In this document: positions 27,900 through 35,739 of the stretch, piece by piece
Numbering within the stretch: the first letter of the stretch is position 1
Layout of the letters: every line of letters starts with the position of its first letter
Source of the DNA: a virus
IMG/VR virus record: IMGVR_UViG_3300024339_000012
Span: 25,237 to 89,236 of that record
DNA: 64,000 bases
Direction: 5' to 3' (one strand)
Notes under the pieces: model-generated
The model's input: only the letters and a program-made list of their open reading frames with translations
Told to the model about the DNA's origin: nothing
The model's database searches: none
Position numbers and translations under genes: made by a program

Positions 27900-28085
27900 A
27901 ACATTATGTGGTATAGTGCGAACATTACAACAAAACAAAGCAGCATGAAATACATCAGTGCTGAAAACATTTTGTCAAGGAAGTCGCCTCTAAATAATGC
28001 AACATCTCTTACTTCATCAAAAATAATTCTGAATAGTTTCATATTTGGTATTGTTATTAAGTGAGTGTAAAATTAGTTTAAATAA

Positions 28086-28116
28086 TTGAAGTTAGATAGT
28101 AAAATAAGTATATTTG
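28086..28116 (+). promoter_or_regulatory. Bacteroidota sigma-A-like promoter (-33 TTG, -7 TATATTTG)
   Basis: TTG 28086-28088, 20-nt spacer, TATATTTG 28109-28116. Confidence 0.65.
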
Positions 28117-28137
28117 CTTCAAATTAAAATACTAAAC

Positions 28138-28683
28138 ATGAAACCGTCAACGACACTGCGCTACAAAGAGAAGTATGAATTCAATCCTTTGACCAAATCA
28201 AATGAGATATATCTGACTAAGGATACTAAACTTATCAACGTGGATGGTAAGGAAATAGATATTGTACATGATATCCCTGCCATAGATATTTATGAAGCGT
28301 TTGTAAAATATATAACAACAGCTCTCAAGCTATCTAACAAAGCCAAAGCTGTGCTTAGGTATATTGTAATGTACAGCAAACTCACTGATGATATAACCGT
28401 TATTGATATGGATAAGCTCAAAGAGAATACAGGTTATAACTCTCTTGGGCCAATATATGCAGGATTTAATGAGCTTATCGAAGCACAGCTACTAGCAAGG
28501 ACTAAGTACGATGATCAGTTCTTTATCAATCCTAACTTCATTTATGACAAGGTAAATGTTATTGCATTAAACAATAAATATCTTATCGAGAAATACACTG
28601 AAGCACCAGTTCCAAAGAAAAAACAAGATCTACCTGCTGGTTTTGATATTTCCAGCAAGATAGATCCAGGGGAAGACTTTTAA
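28138..28683 (+). CDS. RepL-like winged-helix protein
   Basis: LS..A..VL.YI...wHTH...ELIE..LLART....FFINP.F; lone plus-strand gene with its own promoter. Confidence 0.7.
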   Translation: MKPSTTLRYKEKYEFNPLTKSNEIYLTKDTKLINVDGKEIDIVHDIPAIDIYEAFVKYITTALKLSNKAKAVLRYIVMYSKLTDDITVIDMDKLKENTGYNSLGPIYAGFNELIEAQLLARTKYDDQFFINPNFIYDKVNVIALNNKYLIEKYTEAPVPKKKQDLPAGFDISSKIDPGEDF

Positions 28684-28686
28684 AGG

Positions 28687-28959
28687 TTAGTGTTCATAAC
28701 CGGTGTCGTGTACTACCATATCATCACCATATATTTGTTTCAGCTGTTCTGCGCTGGTATCAAAGCATAGATCACAATGGTCGTGGTAAACTTTACGTGC
28801 AAGCAATTGTGTCTCACAACGAGGACATTCTTTAAATGAATGTTTCTTGGCTAGCTTCCATAGATATTCAATTAATACCCAGAATAGGAATATGCCAATA
28901 ACGAGAAGTATCCACCAATACTGATGGAAGTTGTCGATTAAATTAAATGTGTTTTCCAT
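28687..28959 (-). CDS. membrane-anchored Zn-ribbon protein
   Basis: TM helix followed by CPRC...CDLC. Confidence 0.55.
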   Translation of the reverse strand: MENTFNLIDNFHQYWWILLVIGIFLFWVLIEYLWKLAKKHSFKECPRCETQLLARKVYHDHCDLCFDTSAEQLKQIYGDDMVVHDTGYEH

Positions 28960-29174
28960 GATTACTCTTCTTTTAACTGTTCATACTGTAATTCGGTCAT
29001 GGCTACATAGCCAGTGTTCTTACTCATAATGTATATCGCCTACTTTAATCTCTTCAACGATTACGTTCCCTTTGGTGTTTGTCATATTTATTAAGTTTAG
29101 TGAATGTCTGCCATAGTTAAGAAAGGGCGACAAAAAACATACCCGCTCGCGCGGGCTATGCTTTATTAGCAATA

Positions 29175-29732
29175 CTAATATGTTTCTTGCTTTACTGCAA
29201 CTTGTTTCAATACTCTGAAACCAGTTACCTTATCGGAAGTCTTACCGTCAAACTCTTCTGCCTCTATGATAATGTTAAGCTCGCAACTTACTAAGTCACG
29301 ATAACCACTACCCTCTGGCAAAGCACATGCCTCAAAGAATTGATTAACGATGTTGGCACAACTTGCAGAACGGTCAGTATCCTCAAGACGCATCTTGGTT
29401 ACTTTGTCTACTGCATATCCCTCACTACCGAGTTCATCATATGACTTACGGTCTTTCTTAGCCAATTCGTCAAAACGAACAAACCCTTTACCGTTAAATC
29501 TGCGTACTGCAACGCCTTGCTTATTGTGAAACACAACAGCCATTTGTGGAGTGGCATCCAACCATTCAGGAAGATTCTTCTTCTCAATTGGGTTTTTCAA
29601 ACCAGACTTACGGTCATCAATGATGTACACTTCATGTACCTTTACTGAATGAGTTCCTACTGGAAGACGACTTACACCTTTGTCGTCAAAATTGTTTTCT
29701 GATGGTGCACTAACATGTTTAATAAAATCCAT
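29175..29732 (-). CDS. second SSB/DUF669-like protein
   Basis: LPVGTHSVKV N-terminus and a C-terminal E.FDGK..DKV.GF strand, resembling DUF669-like OB folds. Confidence 0.4.
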   Translation of the reverse strand: MDFIKHVSAPSENNFDDKGVSRLPVGTHSVKVHEVYIIDDRKSGLKNPIEKKNLPEWLDATPQMAVVFHNKQGVAVRRFNGKGFVRFDELAKKDRKSYDELGSEGYAVDKVTKMRLEDTDRSASCANIVNQFFEACALPEGSGYRDLVSCELNIIIEAEEFDGKTSDKVTGFRVLKQVAVKQETY

Positions 29733-29907
29733 TTTATAAATGTGTTTGTTATTAATAAAAAACTAAAAAGAAAAATAATAAAAGCTGACTACTATAAATG
29801 TGGAACAAAATGAAATGACACATAATGTGAATGAGGTACTCGAAAAGAGTGTTGGGGATGTCCTCTCACTTAACCGAGCGTTAACGTGTTATTTATTTTA
29901 TTAAGAA

Positions 29908-29988
29908 TATTATTATTATTATTATATATATATATATTATACTAAGAAATAGCTGTGCGCACGCACACGCGTACACGCGCACGCGAGG
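29908..29988. repeat. (TAT)n/(TA)n microsatellite followed by an alternating purine-pyrimidine GC tract
   Basis: tattattattattatatatatatatattat then tgtgcgcacgcacacgcgtacacgcgcacgcg, in a non-coding gap of about 380 bp. Confidence 0.8.
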
Positions 29989-30111
29989 GTTACATTTCTG
30001 ACATAGTAAACGTGAAGTGGTAAAAACAAAGAGCCACATAATGTGATCCTTTTATTGTTTACTGGTTTTGTCATCCGAGGATTTATTATTTGAACCAGCA
30101 TCCTCTGTATC

Positions 30112-30540
30112 TTACAACCAATCTTCTAATTCCTCGATTGCATCATTCAGTTTACTCTTTGCAACACTCTTTTTGTATATGATAATATCTTCTGGTGAGA
30201 AACAAAGTAGTGTGTTATCAATTCTTTTACCACGTTCACAAAGCATGAGGTATTCCTCTTTCCATGTGATAGCCTCACGGATATCACTCTTCATGGCACG
30301 AGCCTCATCCATTTCTTTGTCCATTACATAGCTAATGTCAGTACCACTGGCTTTAGCATATTCAGCGATCTCTCTGATCTTCTGTGTTTGGATTGCCATA
30401 GCGTAAAAGAGGTATTGTAGGTCAAGCTCTGACCAGTACCTCTTAAGTTTGTGACATGCAACCTTTGGTTTTGTTTCATCAAGCTTAACCTGATCATCAA
30501 TGTTCTTGTCACGTAATTCAATAACATCTGCATAATTCAT
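30112..30540 (-). CDS. hypothetical protein
   Basis: 142-aa ORF preceded by the repeated leader motif. Confidence 0.6.
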   Translation of the reverse strand: MNYADVIELRDKNIDDQVKLDETKPKVACHKLKRYWSELDLQYLFYAMAIQTQKIREIAEYAKASGTDISYVMDKEMDEARAMKSDIREAITWKEEYLMLCERGKRIDNTLLCFSPEDIIIYKKSVAKSKLNDAIEELEDWL

Positions 30541-30604
30541 AAAGCGTATAGTTTAAGTTAAAAAGAAAAATAACTCTTGCGATGATCTGCAAGAGCCACT
30601 CAAA

Positions 30605-30982
30605 CTAATTCATACTTAACCATACTGCCATGGGATAACCTGTCTTATTAAGTTTATAATAACAGTACTTGCCCTTTGGACTTTTGTGAACAATGAAACC
30701 TTTGTACTCGTGTTCTGTCTGCTCGTGAATCCAAACGGGGTATTCATTGCCACTCTTGGCACTGATGCACTTCACGAAGTTAGCGCCACTCTTAGTTTCG
30801 AATACAGGAAACACTGTTCCCTCAACATCTATTGTTTCGCCGATGTCAATGGCGATGTTCAGGTCAGTTTTAAATGGTTGTGCCTCCGAGAAGGTCTGAC
30901 CGGTACAATTAAATACTCCAATGAGTAATAATCCAACAACTGATATTGCAAGCAGTAAAGCTTTTGCACGATGATTTTTCAT
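30605..30982 (-). CDS. hypothetical secreted protein
   Basis: Signal peptide; two similar beta repeats (TKSGANF / KSPKGKY). Confidence 0.55.
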   Translation of the reverse strand: MKNHRAKALLLAISVVGLLLIGVFNCTGQTFSEAQPFKTDLNIAIDIGETIDVEGTVFPVFETKSGANFVKCISAKSGNEYPVWIHEQTEHEYKGFIVHKSPKGKYCYYKLNKTGYPMAVWLSMN

Positions 30983-31023
30983 GATAATAGTGTTTGTTAA
31001 TAGTTAAAAAGAAAAATAACTCC

Positions 31024-31188
31024 CTACTGGGGAGCTATTGGTAAAGGGTTATTCTGAATGTGTTCATAGTGTTCCTGTGCTTGTGCCTCAGCTATAGCCT
31101 CAGCATCTGCACGGGTATGACCGTCATCCATTAAGTGTACTATGTACTCTGCATCACTAATGCAATGGTATGTCTCTTCTGTACTCAT
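31024..31188 (-). CDS. hypothetical protein
   Basis: Start MSTEE after the repeated leader motif. Confidence 0.5.
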   Translation of the reverse strand: MSTEETYHCISDAEYIVHLMDDGHTRADAEAIAEAQAQEHYEHIQNNPLPIAPQ

Positions 31189-31243
31189 GGTAGCATATGT
31201 ATTGGTTAATAAGAAAAATAAGCACGCGTTAGCGTGCCTACTA

Positions 31244-31450
31244 CTACATACGTACACCTACACTCACACCTGTTGTACCTACACCTATGGCCTTGGCTCT
31301 GTTGCTGGCCTCAGTAGTAAGTGCATCATGCAAGTAGTACAATTCATTCCAACGTATAGTGTCCTTACCGTGCACCTTATACATTTCCTCTTGTACTTCA
31401 TTGATCTTGTTGTTTAACTCTTGATAAGTCATCTGCTTAATGTGTCTCAT
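31244..31450 (-). CDS. hypothetical protein (first gene of the leftward arm)
   Basis: 68-aa ORF. Confidence 0.55.
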   Translation of the reverse strand: MRHIKQMTYQELNNKINEVQEEMYKVHGKDTIRWNELYYLHDALTTEASNRAKAIGVGTTGVSVGVRM

Positions 31451-31634
31451 GTCTGTAAGATTAAATTAGTTAATTAAAAAAATAAAAAGTCTTAGCTACA
31501 CAAAACAAGCCCCCCTACCCCGATCCAAAAAGAAAAGTTGAAAAACCCGTATATGACCCTCTCGAAGTTTTCTAAAATTAAATTTTTTTTGGTTTCACGT
31601 TTACGTGCCTTATTATGGATTCGCTTATAAGTTG

Positions 31635-31642
31635 TATATTTG
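31635..31642 (+). promoter_or_regulatory. -7 promoter box upstream of the cassette-array operon
   Basis: TATATTTG about 40 nt before ATG 31682. Confidence 0.55.
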
Positions 31643-31681
31643 TAGTGATTATTTTTCTTTTAGAATTTAAAATTTTAATTT

Positions 31682-31936
31682 ATGAAAACGTATATTGATA
31701 GTGCTGGCAGTTCTCATCATATTGACGAGAATAATATTTTTGGATTGGCTTATATAAAACCTGTAATGATTATTGTAAATGGTTTGTGTGTAAGTTTTAA
31801 TGGTAAGGATGCGGCTACTGATGCTTATGAGGAGTTATTGCATACTATGATGGCTAAGGCTCAGAAGGAGAAGGATAGGCTTGCTGTAAAGGCTAATAAT
31901 GAGAGGGTGGAGAAGTTGAGGGAGTTGTATGGGTAA
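31682..31936 (+). CDS. hypothetical protein; its stop codon is the TAA of the first attC-like site
   Basis: 84-aa ORF ending at GGG-TAA-C. Confidence 0.6.
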   Translation: MKTYIDSAGSSHHIDENNIFGLAYIKPVMIIVNGLCVSFNGKDAATDAYEELLHTMMAKAQKEKDRLAVKANNERVEKLRELYG

Positions 31937-32062
31937 CGGTTTGACTATGTTTAGTGCCGACAAAAAGAAACGAAATTTTTATAAACTTAAACACTTTAGA
32001 AATGAAAAAAGGAACTAATAAATTACCACAAAATGAGGCATTAAATATAAGTATTGTTATGC
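31931..32062 (+). repeat. attC-like hairpin element 1
   Basis: gggTAAC...GTTatgc; arms tatgtttagtgcc (31946-58) / ggcattaaatata (32037-49). Confidence 0.7.
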
Positions 32063-32238
32063 CCCGTTTTAAGGTTTTCACCTACTCGGTATACAAAACA
32101 GATAAAATAGGATATTGCCATTGGGCAAAGGGGCTTAATATGATTATTGAAAAAGATGGTGTAAAAATAGAGCTAAGTAGTGATGAGGTGCAAAAGATAG
32201 TAAAATCTTTGCCCCGTACAATAGGGGGCAGATACTAA
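32002..32238 (+). CDS. cassette gene 1, hypothetical
   Basis: ATG in the loop of element 1; reads through the right arm (ALNISIVMPR). Confidence 0.55.
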   Translation: MKKGTNKLPQNEALNISIVMPRFKVFTYSVYKTDKIGYCHWAKGLNMIIEKDGVKIELSSDEVQKIVKSLPRTIGGRY

Positions 32239-32243
32239 ATGGG

Positions 32244-32372
32244 GCATAACGGTGTTGGTATGTTGTCGTTGCGTAATTATAATACAAATTTTAAAAATAT
32301 AGCAAATGATACAGTTTATTAAAAACCTATTTAATGGCAGTAAGCAGCAATGCAATATACCTGTTGTTAGGC
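32244..32372 (+). repeat. attC-like hairpin element 2
   Basis: gcaTAAC...GTTaggc; arms ggtatgttgtcgttgc (32257-72) / gcaatgcaatatacc (32347-61). Confidence 0.7.
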
Positions 32373-32596
32373 GTATGTGCCTTGAGCAGGAGGAAATGAA
32401 TGAATACCAATACACGGATGTAGTTATTAATGTACTGAATGTCCCTTTTATGACTTTAACGGAGAGTAAAATGGGAAACGTATGGTATCATGATGAAATT
32501 GATGCATTATTTTGTTTAACAGCAAGAGGCTTTAAGGTTATAAAAGGTAGTAAGAAAATATTGTTTGAGCGTGGACTTGGGAGGCATTACGCCTAA
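32306..32596 (+). CDS. cassette gene 2, hypothetical
   Basis: ATG in the loop of element 2 (QQCNIPVVRR); stop is the TAA of element 3. Confidence 0.55.
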   Translation: MIQFIKNLFNGSKQQCNIPVVRRMCLEQEEMNEYQYTDVVINVLNVPFMTLTESKMGNVWYHDEIDALFCLTARGFKVIKGSKKILFERGLGRHYA

Positions 32597-32678
32597 CGGT
32601 TTGTGTATGGCAAGTAGCCCAAGCCAACGAATTAAAAACTAAATATTAATAGGCTATTTGCTATACACGTTGTTATGT
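32591..32678 (+). repeat. attC-like hairpin element 3
   Basis: gccTAAC...GTTatgt; arms gtgtatggcaagtagcc (32603-19) / ggctatttgctatacac (32652-68). Confidence 0.7.
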
Positions 32679-32712
32679 GTTGTGCGGATTTAAAGCAAAA
32701 AACTTAATTAAA

Positions 32713-33123
32713 ATGACTGATAAAGAGATTTACGAAAGATTTATGTTATGGATGGGAATGAAGCCTTCTAAAACAAAACAAGTAGAAGAAAACACAGTAA
32801 TAAGATATGAGGATATTGACAACTGTGATGTTAGATTTACAAAAACTGGTTATGGTGAATTTTATGCTGGTGCTGCTATAAAGGGTGGTAAGAAAGTTGC
32901 GAGAGCTGGTTGGAACGGCAGGGATATGTATGCTGTTATAATGCCAGGGTATCCAGATGGCGTTACTGTGAATGAAGTGACACAGAAAGCGCATAATCTT
33001 CCGGAAGGAACTGTTTTGTATTACAGGCCCTATTTCCAATTGTACACAGCACAGAAGGATGTGGCGATGTGGGCACCGAGTGGATCGGATGCATTGGCAG
33101 AGGATTGGTTGATTGTTGAGTAA
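32713..33123 (+). CDS. Tad2-like (DUF2829) anti-defence sponge domain with an unrelated N-terminal segment
   Basis: IK.GKKVARAGWNG..MY...PY.......WAPS.SDALAEDW.IVE signature. Confidence 0.8.
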   Translation: MTDKEIYERFMLWMGMKPSKTKQVEENTVIRYEDIDNCDVRFTKTGYGEFYAGAAIKGGKKVARAGWNGRDMYAVIMPGYPDGVTVNEVTQKAHNLPEGTVLYYRPYFQLYTAQKDVAMWAPSGSDALAEDWLIVE

Positions 33124-33163
33124 TCAGCGATAATTATTTTCTTTTTTGTTTGTTATTAATACT

Positions 33164-33205
33164 ACAGTCCGTTGGTTGTCATGATTGATCAACGGGCTGT
33201 TTTTT
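33164..33205 (+). terminator. intrinsic terminator
   Basis: acagtccgttg...caacgggctgt followed by a T-run. Confidence 0.7.
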
Positions 33206-33218
33206 AAACCTGATAAGA

Positions 33219-33599
33219 ATGTTAAGTAAAGTAAAACAAATTGCGATACAACCGATAGTTGAATATCTGAAAGAAAATGCTGTTGGAAAAGAAAATGAAG
33301 TTAAGAATATAGAACTTAAATGCTACATATCCGACTGGTATAATATTTCTCTTGAAGATACTGATGTAAGAAGAATAATTAATTTGATCAGATTGAATAG
33401 ATTAATTAAAGGATTACTTGCGGGAAAGAAAGGTTATTACATTTCTACCAAGGTTGAAGAGGTTGACGCTTATGTAACCTCACTTAAGAAAAGAATAATG
33501 AAGCTACAGCAACTGGCAGGCTCATTTGAGAAAGGATATGACGAGATACTGAATCCAAAACAAATATCAGAAAATAAGGATGTCGATGCTGACTTCTAA
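33219..33599 (+). CDS. putative wHTH DNA-binding protein
   Basis: D..VRRIIN.IR.......L.A..KGYYI...EE...Y..SL pattern. Confidence 0.65.
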   Translation: MLSKVKQIAIQPIVEYLKENAVGKENEVKNIELKCYISDWYNISLEDTDVRRIINLIRLNRLIKGLLAGKKGYYISTKVEEVDAYVTSLKKRIMKLQQLAGSFEKGYDEILNPKQISENKDVDADF

Positions 33600-33678
33600 G
33601 ATAATTACTTTATATTTGTAGCCAATAAGTGAAACGATGTGATTATTTTTATTTTTAACCAAACAATAGTAATAGTGT

Positions 33679-33969
33679 ATGAATAGAATGTTTAGTGTCG
33701 ATGAAATAATCGATCAGAATGCATTTCGAGTATCAATCCAAAAATACGCTACCGAGTTTACCCCGCGCTCAATTGAGAAATTTGAGAATCAGGCAATGTC
33801 ATGTAGTAGCATTGGCCCTGTTATATGGTGGTGTGAAATCGGAAGAGTATTCTCCGGAACAATATATATTTTCGAAAGTGTAGAGGACTATAACAAGTTC
33901 ACAAAATTAAACCAGGATCTTAAATTTAAAATAAACTTTATACCATGGGCAAAAAAATTAGAATCGTAA
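33679..33969 (+). CDS. hypothetical protein
   Basis: 96-aa ORF after TATATTTG at 33611. Confidence 0.5.
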   Translation: MNRMFSVDEIIDQNAFRVSIQKYATEFTPRSIEKFENQAMSCSSIGPVIWWCEIGRVFSGTIYIFESVEDYNKFTKLNQDLKFKINFIPWAKKLES

Positions 33970-34715
33970 GTATTAAACTTCTCAACGATGGAATGAGAGG
34001 CGTTGAATATGTGGCTGACAGCCCAGTATTCAAACAGAACGTTGAGATTAAAACCTCGGCAAAAGTAACATATCCATTACCGGTACCAGACGAGATCAAG
34101 AATTTGATCCAACGCATGAAACGCTACATGCTGCATCTATCAGGACATTGGATTAAGGAATACGATAAGTTCCTTAGCAAAGGTGAAATAGTTGATACAG
34201 GTGATAATGATGAAAATTATTACAAACTTGTATCACTGATGCAGAAAACTAAAGTTGAAACAATAGCTCGCGTCAATAACAAGTTTGATATAAAAGGCAT
34301 CTTCATTAATGAATGGCATCTTGTAGTTAAAATCGAAGTTAAGGGAATTACAATAAATACAGGATACAGTGATTATACCAAAGTTAATAAAGGTATGAAT
34401 CATATATTCGACCTTACAACAGCTTGGATTTTTGAGGATAATATCCGTAAGATGAATTCTACACAGTACATGCTGAAACTATGGGAGGGCAAAGAGGAAT
34501 TGCTTGAACGCCTTAATGATCTTGATGAAGGTCAGATTGACGAGTTAATGATTAAACACCTTGAGGAAAAAGGCCATCTTGTATTGCAGGAAGATCTCGA
34601 ACATAAGACTGACGAGAAAGTTCAGGATACCGGTACTACAGAAAAAACAGATGACAGTGTTGCTCCTGAACCTGAAGAAAAGGATTTAGAAAGCGACAAA
34701 AAGGTTGAGCTGTAA
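33945..34715 (+). CDS. hypothetical protein
   Basis: 256-aa ORF with an acidic tail. Confidence 0.6.
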   Translation: MGKKIRIVSIKLLNDGMRGVEYVADSPVFKQNVEIKTSAKVTYPLPVPDEIKNLIQRMKRYMLHLSGHWIKEYDKFLSKGEIVDTGDNDENYYKLVSLMQKTKVETIARVNNKFDIKGIFINEWHLVVKIEVKGITINTGYSDYTKVNKGMNHIFDLTTAWIFEDNIRKMNSTQYMLKLWEGKEELLERLNDLDEGQIDELMIKHLEEKGHLVLQEDLEHKTDEKVQDTGTTEKTDDSVAPEPEEKDLESDKKVEL

Positions 34716-35605
34716 TGATAGCCAGAACTAAAGATATTGTTTTTGAACCAATAAAGCATACTTACACCCATGTAGAAACTGGTCTCCTATTGAGATCGGT
34801 TTCTCGTGTATATAGAGAGTTCATTGAACCCTTTGATGCAGAAAAGATAAGTTGGTTTGTTGCTCAAAAAGAATTACGACTTGAGATAAGTCCTACATGG
34901 CAGAAAGGTGATCCACAACCCAGTGATCAAGCAATCTTGGAAAGACAGAAGATTGTAAAAGCTCAATGGGAAAAGAAGCGTGACGATGCTGGTGGATACG
35001 GAACTACTATTCATGACATCTGTGAAAAGATAATGCTTGGTCAGGAAGTTGATCCTGTCTATGGCAAATTAGTAGTTGCTCTTAATGGCTTATTCGGTCA
35101 CTACCACAAAACATTTCCTGAGTTCATTGCATACTCTATGAAATGGGGAGTGGCTGGAACACCCGACTTGCCACTTGTAAGGCAACGCTCAGATAAATCT
35201 ATTATTGATATTGATGACTTTAAGACCAATGTTGAAAAAGGAATTGTCTTTGACTCTACGAGCCTTGATAAAAAATCAGGCAAACTAAAACATTACAACC
35301 GATTCATGTTAGATCCTGTATCTCACCTTGAAGATTGTAATTATAATAACTATGCTCTTGCCGAGAGTATTTACGGTGTACTATTGGAAGATATGTTTCC
35401 AACTCATAAGATTGGGCGAATCAGTTTAACATTTGTCGAAGAGCATATATTGCCTGGTCTAAACGACTACACTATTACTACTATACCCATGCCGTACTTG
35501 AAACTTGAAGCGATCGCTATACTAAATGCGTTTAATAAAAAGTATCCATTCAAGAGTGAAAAGAAGATAAAAGTTGTCGAAACGTCGGGAACTGAAGATT
35601 TTTAG
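34715..35605 (+). CDS. PD-(D/E)XK (Cas4/RecB-like) exonuclease
   Basis: F....H.Y, SVS, GT.IH, E......VAGTPD, I.DFKTN, Y.L..S.Y; usual crAss position before the terminase. Confidence 0.8.
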   Translation: MIARTKDIVFEPIKHTYTHVETGLLLRSVSRVYREFIEPFDAEKISWFVAQKELRLEISPTWQKGDPQPSDQAILERQKIVKAQWEKKRDDAGGYGTTIHDICEKIMLGQEVDPVYGKLVVALNGLFGHYHKTFPEFIAYSMKWGVAGTPDLPLVRQRSDKSIIDIDDFKTNVEKGIVFDSTSLDKKSGKLKHYNRFMLDPVSHLEDCNYNNYALAESIYGVLLEDMFPTHKIGRISLTFVEEHILPGLNDYTITTIPMPYLKLEAIAILNAFNKKYPFKSEKKIKVVETSGTEDF

Positions 35606-35660
35606 TACTTTTGCAATGTTTCACACACTAAACAGCATTTGGTTAAATGTTAAACATCGG

Positions 35661-35691
35661 AACCTCTACCACTCGGTAGGGGTTTTTTTTT
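35661..35691 (+). terminator. intrinsic terminator
   Basis: aacctctacc-actc-ggtaggggtt followed by a T-run. Confidence 0.75.
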
Positions 35692-35739
35692 GACACAAGA
35701 ATTGGTTTATGCTTTCTTTGTTGAAAATCTCTCTCTATT

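Noticed and set aside
31931-32678. CRISPR array or simple terminators as the explanation for the three hairpins
   Set aside because: The repeats are not identical, the intervening segments are gene-sized, and the hairpins lack U-tracts. Offset end-complementarity fits cassettes better.
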